A stretch of 64,000 nt of DNA from an uncultured Amaricoccus sp. (GTDB lineage Bacteria; Pseudomonadota; Alphaproteobacteria; Rhodobacterales; Rhodobacteraceae): the NCBI RefSeq assembly GCF_937891315.1, contig NZ_CALAGI010000156.1, positions 5,509 to 69,508 on the forward strand, given 5' to 3'. Made by a program: the position numbers and the translations under genes. The notes below the pieces were generated by a model. That model searched no databases and was not told the origin of the DNA. It was given only the letters and a program-made list of their open reading frames with translations. Of the stretch, positions 1 through 10,086 are shown one piece after another (positions within the stretch are counted from its first letter, which is position 1; each line of letters begins with the position of its first letter).

Positions 1-692
1 GTGATCCGCTTCGCCTGCGACACGCGCTCGAACCGCCCGTCCGCGTCGAGATCCCATTGCGTCGCCTGCTCGATCAGCCAGGCGCCGGGCGTCAGTCGCG
101 CGGCCGGCGCGTCGATGCGGGTGTAGATCGTGCCATCGCGGTCGAAGCGATAGACCCGCACCCGGCTCAGCACCGTGCCGTCGGCGTTGGTGCGCGCCGC
201 CTGGATCACGCTCTGGCCGTCGGGATCGGCCTGGCGCAGCCAGACGCCATCGGCCGAGAAGGAGAGCTGGCTGGCGCCGTCGCCCCGGAACTCGTCCTCG
301 AGCGCGAGGCCGCGCTTGATGGTCGCCGCGACGAAGGGATTGACCACCGCGACGAAGATCGCGCCGAGGATCACCGCCGCGCCGACCGGCACCCGGATCA
401 GGCGCAGCGCCGAGACGCCGGAGGCGCGCATGACCACGAGCTCGCTGGTGCGGGCGAAGCGCAGGAAGGTGACGAGGCTGGCCAGCATCAGCACGAGCGG
501 GAAAATCTGGTAGAGCGTCTCGGGTGCCTGCAGGAGCGTGATGCGCATCACGTCGGCGCCGCCCGCGGCGGTGTCGCCGAACCGCCGCAGGTTCTCGACC
601 GAGCCGAACAGCACGACGACGAACGCCAGCACCGCGAAGACCGCGAGCAGCGCGCGCAGAAAGCCGCGCAGGACATAGTTCCAGAGGATCAC
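1..692 (-). CDS. lptG: LPS export ABC permease LptG (3' end cut by window edge)
   Basis: Absent from the ORF track because it runs off the window. My minus-strand translation from GTG (692-690) gives VILWNYVLRGFLRALLAVFAVLAFVVVLFGSVENLRRFGD...LYQIFPLVLMLASLVTFLRFARTSELVVMRASGVS, a YjgP/YjgQ-type N-terminus. The start overlaps the lptF stop (GTGA). Confidence 0.8.
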   Translation of the reverse strand, partial: MILWNYVLRGFLRALLAVFAVLAFVVVLFGSVENLRRFGDTAAGGADVMRITLLQAPETLYQIFPLVLMLASLVTFLRFARTSELVVMRASGVSALRLIRVPVGAAVILGAIFVAVVNPFVAATIKRGLALEDEFRGDGASQLSFSADGVWLRQADPDGQSVIQAARTNADGTVLSRVRVYRFDRDGTIYTRIDAPAARLTPGAWLIEQATQWDLDADGRFERVSQAKRI

Positions 693-1804
693 GCCAGCAC
701 TCCCGACGGACGGCGCGGCCGCGCGAGCCGCCGTGCCAGCACGACGACATAGAGGATGCCGAGCAGGATCGGCAGATACATCAGTGGCCAGAGGTCGGCC
801 GATTCCTGTACCTGCGCGCGGGTGACGAAGACGAGGATCTGCAGCAGGGCCGATACGCCGATCGCGACGATCACCCGGCGTCCGAAGCCGCTGCGCCGAT
901 AGCCGCCGGCGAGGATCGTCACCAGCGCGATCATGGGGAAGATGGTGGCGAGCAGAGGCAGCGTCAGCTTGTAGTGCCCTTCGGCCACGAAGTCGCCGCG
1001 GCTGTGGCGTCCGGATGCGAGCATCGTCTCGGTCGGCCGGACGAGCTCGATCACCGAATATTCGGACGGCCGCCGGGTCCGCGCGTTCTCGTCGCGCAGA
1101 AGGTCGCTGAGATCGAACACGAACTGGTCGAACCGTACCGTGCTCATCTGCTGGCTGCGCTCGTTGAGCGACAGCGCCACCCCGTCGAGCATCACGAGCC
1201 GCGCCTCGTCCCCCTCGCGCAGGAGCCGCGCGTGCTCCGCCGAATAGGTGATCGGCCGCAGGAATTCGCGCTGGTCGTTGAGGAAGATGCCCGACATCTC
1301 TCCCGCCCGGCTCGTGTCCTGGATGAAGAGCGTCAGCCCGGGCAGCGGGTGCAGGAATTGCCGCTCGACGATCAGCGCGTTGGCGAGGTCGGAGCGGATC
1401 GCCTGGGTGCGGTCGGCGAGCAACCCGCCGGAGAGCGGCACCAGGAACATGAGCACCACCGCCATCGCCACGCCGACCATGGCGCCGAAGGCTCCGACCG
1501 AGCGCAGGAGGCCGACGGGGCTGAGCCCGGCCGACATCATCACCACGAGTTCGGATTCGGTATAGAGCCGGTTGAGCGCGAAGAGCGAGGCGCCGATCCC
1601 CGACAGCGGCAGCACAATGACGAAGACCTGCGGCATGACGAGCGCCGAGAAGGTCAGGAACACCATGGCACTCTGGCCGCTGGCGATCACGGTATCGATC
1701 AGTCGCACCGCCTGGGTCAGCCAGACGACGCCGGTGAAGACCAGCACGAAAAAGCCGAAGGCCGTGATCAGCTGAGCCAGGATGTAGCGGTCCAGTCGCC
1801 TCAA
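689..1804 (-). CDS. lptF: LPS export ABC permease LptF
   Basis: C-terminal ~371 codons of ORF 689..2263. TTG at 1804 gives (M)RRLDRYILAQLITAFGFFVLVFTGVVWLTQAVRLID..., YjgP/YjgQ family. The upstream part of the ORF is an Arg/Pro-rich artefact. Divergent from pepA, as in many proteobacteria. Confidence 0.85.
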   Translation of the reverse strand: MRRLDRYILAQLITAFGFFVLVFTGVVWLTQAVRLIDTVIASGQSAMVFLTFSALVMPQVFVIVLPLSGIGASLFALNRLYTESELVVMMSAGLSPVGLLRSVGAFGAMVGVAMAVVLMFLVPLSGGLLADRTQAIRSDLANALIVERQFLHPLPGLTLFIQDTSRAGEMSGIFLNDQREFLRPITYSAEHARLLREGDEARLVMLDGVALSLNERSQQMSTVRFDQFVFDLSDLLRDENARTRRPSEYSVIELVRPTETMLASGRHSRGDFVAEGHYKLTLPLLATIFPMIALVTILAGGYRRSGFGRRVIVAIGVSALLQILVFVTRAQVQESADLWPLMYLPILLGILYVVVLARRLARPRRPSGVLA

Positions 1805-1946
1805 GTCCGCGCCTCGTCTCCCAGCCCCGTCGTCACAGCGTCGTCGTACCAGCGTTGTCGTACCCGGGGGCGCGCGGCGGCCGTCTGGCCAAGGCCGGCG
1901 AAAGCCGCTAGGGCTTGCCCTCGCCACGCAACCTACGGAGACCGCT

Positions 1947-3425
1947 GTGACCGCGCCACTGGAAACCACCTTCGCCGAGGTCGAGTCCGTCGAAATAAAG
2001 GACGTTCCGGGCCGGATCGTCGTTTTCCTGGACGAGGACGGCGGCATGGGCGCGGTGGCCCGGCGGGTCGATCGACTGACGCGGGGCGCGGTCAGGCGCC
2101 TGTCGCAGAGCCCGGCCTTCGTCAAGGGCAAGGCCGGCGGCGGCCATGTGCTCGCCTTTCCCGGCGGTCTCGCCGCCGAGGCGGCGCTGGTCGTGAAGCT
2201 GCCCCGCCGCCCGACGGTCGCCGACGCGCGCCTCGCGGGGGCGGCCATCGCCAATTTCAACACCAGCGTCCCGTTGACCGTGCTCGCCGGCGCGCTGCCC
2301 CGGGTCGCGGAGGTGGCGCTCGGGCTCGGGCTCCGCGCCTATGAATTCGATGCCTACCGGACGCGCGAGGCCGACGCGCCGGCGCCGAACCGCGCGGTCC
2401 GCTTCCTCGTGCGCGATCCCGCCGCCGCGGCCGAGGCCTTCGCGCCGTTCGCCGCCCAGATATCCGGTGTGTTCTTCACCCGCGACCTCGTCAGCGAGCC
2501 GGCGAACGTGCTTACCACCAGCGAATACGCCGAGCGGCTGCTCGCGCTGCGCGACATTGGCGTCCAGGTGGAGGTGCTGGAGGAGCCGGAGCTGGAGCGG
2601 CTCGGGATGCGTACGCTGCTCGCCGTCGGTCAAGGCTCCGTCAGCCCGTCCAAGGTGGTGGTGATGCAGTGGCAAGGCGCGGGCGATGACAGCCAGCCCT
2701 TCGCGCTGGTCGGCAAGGGCGTGGTCTTCGATACCGGCGGCATCTCGATCAAGCCGGCCGCCGGCATGGAGGAAATGACCATGGACATGGGCGGCTCGGC
2801 CGTGGTCGCCGGGGTGATGCGGACGCTGGCGCTGCGACAGGCCAGGGCGAACGTGGTCGGCATCGTCGGTCTCGTCGAGAACATGCCGGACGGCGCCGCG
2901 ACGCGGCCCGGCGACGTGGTAACCTCGATGAAGGGCGATACGGTCGAAATCATCAATACCGACGCCGAAGGCCGGCTCGTGCTCGCCGACGTGCTCTGGT
3001 ACGCGCAGGAGCGGTTCAAGCCGAGCGGCATGATCGATCTCGCCACCCTGACCGGCGCCATCATCATCGCGCTCGGCCACGAGAAGGCGGGCGTCTTCGC
3101 CAATGACGACGGGCTGGCGCAATCCTTCCTCAACGCCGCCGCCGCCGAGGGCGAAGGCGCGTGGCGCATGCCGCTCGGCGCCGGCTACGACAAGCAGATC
3201 AAGAGCCGGATCGCCGACATGGCGAATGTCGGCGGCCGCCCGGCGGGCTCGATCACCGCGGCGCAGTTCCTGCGCCGCTTCGTACGGGACGCCACCCCTT
3301 GGGTGCATCTCGACATCGCGGGCGTCGCCTATGTCTCCAAGGATACCGAGCTCGCGCCGAAGGGCGCGACCGGCTGGGGCGTGCGCGCGCTCGACCGGAT
3401 GATCCGGGACCGCTGCGAAGGCTGA
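1947..3425 (+). CDS. pepA: Leucyl aminopeptidase (M17)
   Basis: ORF 1947..3425. M17 signatures VGKGVVFDTGGISIKP and NTDAEGRLVLAD. Confidence 0.95.
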   Translation: MTAPLETTFAEVESVEIKDVPGRIVVFLDEDGGMGAVARRVDRLTRGAVRRLSQSPAFVKGKAGGGHVLAFPGGLAAEAALVVKLPRRPTVADARLAGAAIANFNTSVPLTVLAGALPRVAEVALGLGLRAYEFDAYRTREADAPAPNRAVRFLVRDPAAAAEAFAPFAAQISGVFFTRDLVSEPANVLTTSEYAERLLALRDIGVQVEVLEEPELERLGMRTLLAVGQGSVSPSKVVVMQWQGAGDDSQPFALVGKGVVFDTGGISIKPAAGMEEMTMDMGGSAVVAGVMRTLALRQARANVVGIVGLVENMPDGAATRPGDVVTSMKGDTVEIINTDAEGRLVLADVLWYAQERFKPSGMIDLATLTGAIIIALGHEKAGVFANDDGLAQSFLNAAAAEGEGAWRMPLGAGYDKQIKSRIADMANVGGRPAGSITAAQFLRRFVRDATPWVHLDIAGVAYVSKDTELAPKGATGWGVRALDRMIRDRCEG

Positions 3426-3430
3426 GCGCC

Positions 3431-3889
3431 ATGGCCGAGGTCTGGTTCTATCAACTGACCGCCTCGCCGCTGGAGCAGACCCTGCCCAACCTTCTCGAAC
3501 GGTCGCTCGAGCGCGGCTGGCGGGTGCTGCTGCGCTGTGGTTCCGCCGCCGGGATGGAGGAGCTTGACGCGCTGCTCTGGACCTACCGCGACGCGTCCTT
3601 CCTGCCGCATGGCACGTCGCGACGCGACCACGCCGACCGGCAGCCGATCTACCTGACCATCGGCGACGAGAATCCCAATCGCGCCCGGATCCTGATGCTG
3701 GTCGATGGCGCCCGCGCGGCGCCGGAGGAGATGCGGGAGTTCGAGCGCACCTGTCTCGTCTTCGATGGCAACGACGCGCCGCGGCTGGAAGAGGCGCGGC
3801 GCGACTGGCGCGCGGTCCGCGCGGCGGGCCTGCCGGCGAAATACTGGGCCCAGGAGGACGGCCGATGGATCCAGAAGGCGAGCGGGTGA
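3431..3889 (+). CDS. holC: DNA polymerase III chi subunit
   Basis: ATG at 3431 inside ORF 3161..3889: MAEVWFYQLTASPLEQTLPNLLERSLERGWRVLLRCGS...LLWTYRDASFLPHG. About 152 aa, immediately after pepA (conserved pepA-holC synteny). Confidence 0.85.
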   Translation: MAEVWFYQLTASPLEQTLPNLLERSLERGWRVLLRCGSAAGMEELDALLWTYRDASFLPHGTSRRDHADRQPIYLTIGDENPNRARILMLVDGARAAPEEMREFERTCLVFDGNDAPRLEEARRDWRAVRAAGLPAKYWAQEDGRWIQKASG

Positions 3890-3916
3890 CCGGACAACGG
3901 AGGCGACGCCGGATCC

Positions 3917-4615
3917 TCAGACCCCGACATATTGGCGGAATTGCGGCGCGTCGGGCGTCAACCGCGCGGCGTCCAGCGTCTCGGCGGTGGCGCCGTTGAC
4001 GACGAAGCTCACGCGGTCGGCGATGGACAGCACCGCCTCCACCCGTTGCTCGACGAGCACGGTCGCGACGCCGGTCGATTTCAGCGCCATGATCGTCTCG
4101 CGGATCAGGGTGATCATCGAAGGTTGCAGCCCTTCGGTCGGCTCGTCCAGCAGCAGCACCTTTGGTTCGAGGCAGAGAGCGCGGGCGATGGCGAGCATCT
4201 GCTGCTCACCACCCGACAGGGTGCCGGAAACCTGGGCCAGCCGGTCGCGCAGGCGGGGAAAGAGCGACAGCACCCGCTCCCGCGTCTCGGTGCCCCGGCC
4301 GCGCGTCATCAGGCCGACCTCGATATTCTCGGCGACCGTCAGCTCGGCGAAGAGGCGCCGGCCCTGCGGCACATAGGCGATGCCGAGCCGCGGAATCCGG
4401 TGCGCCGGCAGTGCCTCGATCGGTACACCATCGAGCAGTATCCGACCGGCGCTCGGGCGGACAAGACCCATGATCGCCTTCAGCGCCGTCGATTTGCCGG
4501 CGCCGTTGCGGCCCATGACGCAGAGCAGTTCGCCCGCCGCGACGGACAGCGACAGCCCGCGCAGCACCCGGGCCCCGCCATATCCCGCCTCGATCTCCTC
4601 GACCCGCAGCATCAT
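3917..4615 (-). CDS. livF: Branched-chain amino acid-type ABC transporter ATP-binding protein (LivF-like)
   Basis: C-terminal 232 codons of ORF 3917..5722. Walker A GRNGAGKST, signature LSGGEQQML, Walker B LLLLDEP. The start ATG overlaps the livG stop. Confidence 0.9.
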   Translation of the reverse strand: MMLRVEEIEAGYGGARVLRGLSLSVAAGELLCVMGRNGAGKSTALKAIMGLVRPSAGRILLDGVPIEALPAHRIPRLGIAYVPQGRRLFAELTVAENIEVGLMTRGRGTETRERVLSLFPRLRDRLAQVSGTLSGGEQQMLAIARALCLEPKVLLLDEPTEGLQPSMITLIRETIMALKSTGVATVLVEQRVEAVLSIADRVSFVVNGATAETLDAARLTPDAPQFRQYVGV

Positions 4616-5322
4616 CCCCCCAGATACGCGGCCTGCACGGCCGGATCGGCGCGGATCTCCTCCGGCGTGCCGCGAGCGAGGATCTCGCCGAAATTGAGGA
4701 CGCTGATCCGATCGGCGAGATCCATGACCAGTTCCATGTTGTGCTCGATGAGGAGCACGGTCGCCCTGGTCGAGACCTCGCGCACCAGCGCCTTGAAGGC
4801 CTCGATCTCGGCCTCGGCGAGACCCTGGGTCGGCTCGTCGAGGATCAGGAGCCGGGGATCGAGTGCGAGGCCCATTGCGATCTCCAGCAGCCGCTGGTGA
4901 CCATAGGCGAGCGTGCCCGCGCGCTGTTCGGCGAAGCGGTCGAGATCGACGCGGGCGAGGGTGGCGCGGGCGCGCGCCTCGAGGTCGCGGGTGCCCGAGC
5001 GTTGGGCGGCGAGGACGACGTTCTCCAGCACCGTCAACCGGTTGTAGATCGAGGTGATCTGAAAGGTATAGGCGATGCCGAGCCGGACCCGCGCCTGCGC
5101 CGGTAGATGGGTGATGTCGGTGCCCGCGAAGAAGACGCTTCCCGAGCTCGGCGCGAGACGGCCACAGAGCAAACTGACGAAAGTGGTTTTGCCGGCGCCG
5201 TTCGGCCCGATCAGCGCGTGGATCTCGCGGTCGAGCAGCTCGAAATCGACGTTCTGGACCGCCCGGAGTCCGCCAAAATGCCGGCTGAGCTGGCGGGTGC
5301 GCAAGACGGTCAGGGCAGCCAT
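4612..5322 (-). CDS. livG: Branched-chain amino acid-type ABC transporter ATP-binding protein (LivG-like)
   Basis: C-terminal 236 codons of ORF 4612..6099. MAALTVLRTRQLSRHFGGLRAVQNVDF, Walker A GPNGAGKTT, LILDEPTQGL. Confidence 0.9.
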   Translation of the reverse strand: MAALTVLRTRQLSRHFGGLRAVQNVDFELLDREIHALIGPNGAGKTTFVSLLCGRLAPSSGSVFFAGTDITHLPAQARVRLGIAYTFQITSIYNRLTVLENVVLAAQRSGTRDLEARARATLARVDLDRFAEQRAGTLAYGHQRLLEIAMGLALDPRLLILDEPTQGLAEAEIEAFKALVREVSTRATVLLIEHNMELVMDLADRISVLNFGEILARGTPEEIRADPAVQAAYLGG

Positions 5323-6251
5323 GCCGGCGCCTTTTTCCGCAACAGCCCGAGCAGTCCGCGCGGCGCGAAGAGTACGAGCGCGACCAGCGCGAGGCCGACG
5401 ACCAGCAGCGTGGCGGAGGTGACGCCGCCGCTGAGGTCGATGAGATAGAACATGACGAGCGTTCCGACGAAGGGCCCGAGCACCGTCCCCGCGCCGCCGA
5501 GCAGCACCCAGAGCAACGGCAGGATCGAATACTGGATCGAGGCGAAGGTGCCGCCGACATAGCCGAAGAGCAGGCCATAGAGCGCGCCCGCGGCTCCGGC
5601 GTAGACGCCGGAGACGACGAGCGCCAGCAGGCGATAGCGGAAGGGGTCGTAGCCGAGCATCCGGCTGCGCTCGGCATTTTCGCGCATGGCGACCAGCACC
5701 CGCCCGGTGGCGGAGCGGACAAGCGCGAGATTGGCGAGGAGGGCGACGGAGAAGACGGCGAGGGCGACGAGATAGCGCGTTTCCTCGCCCGACAGGTCGA
5801 TCCCGCCGATCATCCGGGCGGCCCGCGGCAGGACGAAACCTTCCTCGCCGCGGGTAACATCGCCGAAATAGAGCACGGTCAGATAGCCGGTCTGGGCGAA
5901 CATCAGCGTCACGATCATGAAGGCGACGCCGGTAGTCCGCAGCGCCAGCAGGCCGATCAGGAACGCCGTCGCGCCTCCCGCCGCCACGCCCGCGACCAGT
6001 GCCGGGCCGGCGGTCCATCCGCCGAGCGTCACGGCGAGACCGGCGGCGTAGAGCCCCGCGGCGAGAAACAGCGCGTGGCCGAGACTGAGCAAGCCGCAAT
6101 ATCCGAAGGCGATATTGTAGCCCATGGCGAAGATCGCGAGCACCATGATCCGCGCGAGGCTGGCATGATGATAGGCCGGCAACAGGAAGTTCAGCGCGAG
6201 AAGCAGCGCGACAAGGCCGACATGCAGCGGGAGCGCCCGGTCGAGCCTCAT
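5310..6251 (-). CDS. livM: Branched-chain amino acid-type ABC permease (LivM-like)
   Basis: ORF 5310..6251. Polytopic membrane protein with the motif FAMGYNIAFGYCGLLSLGHALF typical of LivM. Confidence 0.85.
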   Translation of the reverse strand: MRLDRALPLHVGLVALLLALNFLLPAYHHASLARIMVLAIFAMGYNIAFGYCGLLSLGHALFLAAGLYAAGLAVTLGGWTAGPALVAGVAAGGATAFLIGLLALRTTGVAFMIVTLMFAQTGYLTVLYFGDVTRGEEGFVLPRAARMIGGIDLSGEETRYLVALAVFSVALLANLALVRSATGRVLVAMRENAERSRMLGYDPFRYRLLALVVSGVYAGAAGALYGLLFGYVGGTFASIQYSILPLLWVLLGGAGTVLGPFVGTLVMFYLIDLSGGVTSATLLVVGLALVALVLFAPRGLLGLLRKKAPAWLP

Positions 6252-7129
6252 GCCGCGCGCTTTCCGAACAGGCCCTCGGGCCGGAAGACCAGAACCAGCG
6301 CGACGAGCAGCGTCGCGAGAATCTTCGCCAGTGTCGGTGAGAAGAAGACCGATATCATGCCATCGCTCATTCCGATGAGCAGCGCGGCGACCAGCGTGCC
6401 GCGCAGGCTGCCGAGCCCGCCGATGATGACCACGATGAAGGAGAGAAGCAGCGGATCGCCGCCCATCAGGTAGTGCGCCTGACTGATCGGCACCACGAGC
6501 ACCGCGGCGACGGCGGCGAGCGCGGCGCCGAGGCCGAAGACGCCGGCATAGACCCGGTCGACATCGATGCCGAAGGCGGTCGCGGTCTCGCGGTCGTACT
6601 GGGTGGCGCGCATGACGAGGCCGAAGCGGGTGCGGGTCATCACCAGCCAGAGCCCGAGGAGCAGCAGGACGGCGGCGCCGACCACGGCGAGCTTGTAGCC
6701 GGAATAGCCGAACCAGGGCAGCTGGATGCGCCAGTCGAACGGCGCGGCCACCGCCCGCGCATCGGGGCCGAACAGGCTGAGCGCCGCCTGCTGGAACACG
6801 TAGAGCAGACCGATGGTCGCCACGATGGTCGCTTCAGGCTCGTAGTCGAGGCGCTTCAGGATCAGCCGGTCAGCCAGGATCGCGATGCCGCCGACGAACA
6901 GCGGACCGAGAGCCAGCGCGGCGAGAAAGCCGAGCCAGGGCGGGCCGGCGAGGTGATCGGTGATGAACCAGGCGGCGACGGCGCCGAGCATGAAGAACTC
7001 GCCATGCGCGACGTTGACGACGCGCATGACACCGAAGACGAGGCACAGCCCGGAGGCGGTCAAGGCGAGCACCGCCGCCATGACCAGCCCCTCGAGCGCG
7101 GCGAGCAGAAGATAGGGACCGAGATCCAA
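6248..7129 (-). CDS. livH: Branched-chain amino acid-type ABC permease (LivH-like)
   Basis: ORF 6248..7129. LivH-like motifs GVMRVVNVAHGEFFMLGA and LGSLRGTLVAALLIG. The stop overlaps the livM start. Confidence 0.85.
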   Translation of the reverse strand: MDLGPYLLLAALEGLVMAAVLALTASGLCLVFGVMRVVNVAHGEFFMLGAVAAWFITDHLAGPPWLGFLAALALGPLFVGGIAILADRLILKRLDYEPEATIVATIGLLYVFQQAALSLFGPDARAVAAPFDWRIQLPWFGYSGYKLAVVGAAVLLLLGLWLVMTRTRFGLVMRATQYDRETATAFGIDVDRVYAGVFGLGAALAAVAAVLVVPISQAHYLMGGDPLLLSFIVVIIGGLGSLRGTLVAALLIGMSDGMISVFFSPTLAKILATLLVALVLVFRPEGLFGKRAA

Positions 7130-7148
7130 GGCTGGCGGCCCGGCGGGA

Positions 7149-8432
7149 TCAGAACGGCTGGGTCAGGTAGTCGACCTCGTCGGGATAGAGCCCGTCCTCG
7201 ATCGTGGTGGTATGCACCCGCTTGAGCGCGCCGCCCTCGACCTTGGAGATATACTGGTGGCCGAAGACCTGATGGGTCCGGCCATTGAAGATCTTGTCGC
7301 CCTGCGGATGCTCGTTGGAGAGCGGGAAATCGGTCATCGCCTCGAAGGCCTCGATCAGCGCCTGCCCGCCGTCGCGGCCCTGATAGCCCGACGCCTCCAT
7401 CCCCGCCTTGAGGGCGAACAGCGTCTCCCACGGGCTGAACATGTGGGAATAGGTCGAGATGTCCTTCGGATCCGCCGTCGATGCCCCGATATCGTCGACG
7501 CCGACCTTCTCGCGATAGAAGCCCTCGGACGGGCCCGCGTCCGCCTGGAGATACCGGCACTGGCCTTCCCAGAAATGGGAACCTTCAAGGAATTCAAGGC
7601 CAGGCGTGGCGATGTTCACCCCTTCGAGCGAGTCGATGAAGCCGAAGATCTGGGGATGGTTCGCCGTGCCATAGAACTCGCCCAGCTCCTTGACGAAGGT
7701 CAGCACGGCCGGGCCGACCATCACATGATAGATCACCTCGGTCTCGCGCGGGATCCGCGGGAAGTAGCGGGTGAAGGAGGATTCGGTCGGCGGGATGGCA
7801 ATGGTTTCGATCACCTCGCCACCCTGGGCCTTGAGCGCCGCCGAGAAGAAGTCGCGGTGGTCATAGCCGAAGGCATAGTCCGGATAGACCATCGTCACCT
7901 TCTTGCCGAGGTTCGATGCGACCCAGGGCGCCATCGACTGGACCTGGCTCTTCACGTCGGTGATCCCGGGCTGCAGCGTCCAGCGGTTGAGGCCGCTGGC
8001 CACGTGATGACCCTCGGAACAGACGAGATAGGGCATCCGGAGTTCGCCGGCGCGCGGCGCGGTGCCGACCACGACATGGCTGAACAGCGCGCCGAACACG
8101 GCGTCGCAGTTCAGCTGCGTCGCGAACTTCTCCATCAGCTCGGAGCCGCGCTTGGGATCGGTGCCGTCGTCCTCGAACAGGATCTCGACCGGCCGGCCAT
8201 TGATGCCGCCGCCGGCGTTGACGATTTCGAGCGCGGCCCTGGCGGTGCGCTCGTACCAGCGGCCATAGGCGGCGCCGATGCCGGTCCGGTGCAGCTGGAA
8301 GCCGAGCCGGATCGGTTCGGAGGTCTGGGCCTGGATGAAGCCGGGGAAGGCATGGGTCGCGGCGAGCGCGCCGGAGCCGGCGGCGAGGCCCTTGAGCAGC
8401 CCGCGCCGGGTGGTCGAGTGTGGGGTCGTCAT
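7149..8432 (-). CDS. Periplasmic binding protein of the Liv/amide-urea (type 1 PBP) family, Tat-type signal
   Basis: ORF 7149..8483. Likely start is the ATG at 8432, giving MTTPHSTTRRGLLKGLAAGSGALAATHAFPGFIQA (twin-arginine signal). First gene of the liv-type operon. Confidence 0.8.
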   Translation of the reverse strand: MTTPHSTTRRGLLKGLAAGSGALAATHAFPGFIQAQTSEPIRLGFQLHRTGIGAAYGRWYERTARAALEIVNAGGGINGRPVEILFEDDGTDPKRGSELMEKFATQLNCDAVFGALFSHVVVGTAPRAGELRMPYLVCSEGHHVASGLNRWTLQPGITDVKSQVQSMAPWVASNLGKKVTMVYPDYAFGYDHRDFFSAALKAQGGEVIETIAIPPTESSFTRYFPRIPRETEVIYHVMVGPAVLTFVKELGEFYGTANHPQIFGFIDSLEGVNIATPGLEFLEGSHFWEGQCRYLQADAGPSEGFYREKVGVDDIGASTADPKDISTYSHMFSPWETLFALKAGMEASGYQGRDGGQALIEAFEAMTDFPLSNEHPQGDKIFNGRTHQVFGHQYISKVEGGALKRVHTTTIEDGLYPDEVDYLTQPF

Positions 8433-8672
8433 GGGGTCGTTCGCGCTCCGCTCGGGGTGTTTGTCCGGCGGGATCATCGGCAATCATCGGGGTGCCCGCA
8501 AGGCCTTCCGCTGACGCAAGGCGCTAGAATTGTGAATTTTTATGCAATAACAATTTGTTACGCGGATACCCGCGGGTTCACGGCCATGGGTCGCGGCTTC
8601 GGATTTGACTCGGGACCGGGCGCGAAAGCCGCTAGCGTGCCGCCGGATCCGGGCAGAGGAGGAAGTCGGACG

Positions 8673-9812
8673 ATGCAGGGACGGAAAAAGGTTGCGATCG
8701 CGCTGATGCTGGCCACGACGCTGGCGGCGCCCGCCGCGGCGGAGGACAAGCTCCTGACCGAGACGGTGAATTTCGCCGGCGGCATCGCCTTTCTCGGCGC
8801 GGGCGCGCCCGGCCTCGTCATCGCAGCCGTGCGGGACGGCGAGACGGCCATCGCCGGTTTCGGCGAGACGGCCACCGGCTCGGGCAAGGAGCCGGACGGC
8901 GACACGCTGCTGCGCATCGGCTCGATTTCCAAGACCTTCTGTGGCGACGTGCTGTCGAGCCTGGTCGCCGAGGGCGCGGTCGGGATGACCGATCCGGTCC
9001 AGGCCCATCTGCCGCCGGAATTCGAGGTGCCGGAGAAGGGCGGGCGCGCGGTGCGGATCGTCGATCTCGTCACGCAATCCTCCGGCCTGCCGCGCGAGGT
9101 GCCGCAGACCGGCGGCACCGACAGCGATCCCTTCGGCGGCAACACCATGGAAGCGCAGATCACCGGGCTGAAGGGCGATCCGCTGCTGTTTCCGCCGGGT
9201 ACCGGCGCGCTCTATTCGAACTGGGGTCACGACCTGCTCGGCATCGCGCTCAAGGGCATCGGCGGCAAGCCCTATGCCGACCTGCTGGCCGAGCGGGTGC
9301 TGGCGCCGCGCGGCATGACGCGGACCAGGTTCAATCTCGCCGCCGGCGACGAGGCGAATGCCATGCAGGGGCATTTCTTCGATGGCTCGCCGATGCCGCT
9401 GGCGCCGACCCCGGTGACGATCGAATGCGCCGGCGGGCTCTATTCGACGGCCAGCGACATGCTGCGCTTCATGGCCTGGCATCTCGACCGCGACGACACG
9501 GCCAATGCGGAGCGGCGGCGGTTCAATCACGCGGGCTGGCTCTATCGCGACGGGCTGTCGCCGGTCAGCGGGCTCGACGACGGCGGCGAGATGGGCGCGA
9601 TGGCGATGGGCTGGGTGACGGTGCTGCCGGACGGTCCCGCCCCGCTGATGCTGGTGAAGTCCGGTGGCCTGCAGGGTGAGTTCTCCTTCCTGGCGATCGC
9701 GCCGACCCGCGACGTGGGGGTCTTCGTCTCGATGAACCAGTTCAGCCTCGCCGGCTGGCCGCTGATGGTGAAGACCGCGATCGACCTCGTGGCGGATCTG
9801 GCGCCGCGGTAG
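8673..9812 (+). CDS. Serine hydrolase, class C beta-lactamase / S12 peptidase family, secreted
   Basis: C-terminal 379 codons of ORF 7212..9812. Signal peptide MQGRKKVAIALMLATTLAAPAAA. Catalytic motifs SISK (SxxK), YSN (YxN) and KSG (KTG-like). Confidence 0.85.
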   Translation: MQGRKKVAIALMLATTLAAPAAAEDKLLTETVNFAGGIAFLGAGAPGLVIAAVRDGETAIAGFGETATGSGKEPDGDTLLRIGSISKTFCGDVLSSLVAEGAVGMTDPVQAHLPPEFEVPEKGGRAVRIVDLVTQSSGLPREVPQTGGTDSDPFGGNTMEAQITGLKGDPLLFPPGTGALYSNWGHDLLGIALKGIGGKPYADLLAERVLAPRGMTRTRFNLAAGDEANAMQGHFFDGSPMPLAPTPVTIECAGGLYSTASDMLRFMAWHLDRDDTANAERRRFNHAGWLYRDGLSPVSGLDDGGEMGAMAMGWVTVLPDGPAPLMLVKSGGLQGEFSFLAIAPTRDVGVFVSMNQFSLAGWPLMVKTAIDLVADLAPR

Positions 9813-9971
9813 CCGGCGGGAAACTCCCGGAGAGGGGCGGCGGGTTTCCCGGGATCCCGGATGTCGGGACGGGCGCGCCCTCGGCAGGGTTCGACCGTTA
9901 CGACCTCGCCGACGGTCTCGATCGCGAAAGGAAGGCTGGGCACCCGAGGGCCACCCGGGCTCGCAGTTCGG

Positions 9972-10000
9972 TTGACAGCGACTCCCCCTCCGTCTAGGAA
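9972..10000 (+). promoter_or_regulatory. sigma70-like promoter for tRNA-Arg
   Basis: TTGACA (9972-9977), a 17-nt spacer, then TAGGAA (9995-10000). The tRNA 5' end lies 10 nt downstream. Confidence 0.5.
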
Positions 10001-10009
10001 CGCCGACGT

Positions 10010-10086
10010 GGACTCGTAGCTCAGCTGGATAGAGTGTCGCCCTCCGAAGGCGAAGGTCGCGCGTTCGAATCGCGCCGAGTCCGCCA
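10010..10086 (+). tRNA. tRNA-Arg (anticodon CCG)
   Basis: GGACTCG/CGAGTCC acceptor stem, GCTCAGCTGGATAGAGT D-arm, anticodon arm TCGCC-CTCCGAA-GGCGA (CCG), T-arm GCGCG-TTCGAAT-CGCGC, encoded CCA. Confidence 0.95.

Noticed and set aside
9817-9851. Inverted repeat CGGGAAAC...GTTTCCCG after the beta-lactamase-like gene as a terminator.
   Set aside because: The 8-bp stem encloses a 19-nt loop and has no U-tract, which is too weak to call.
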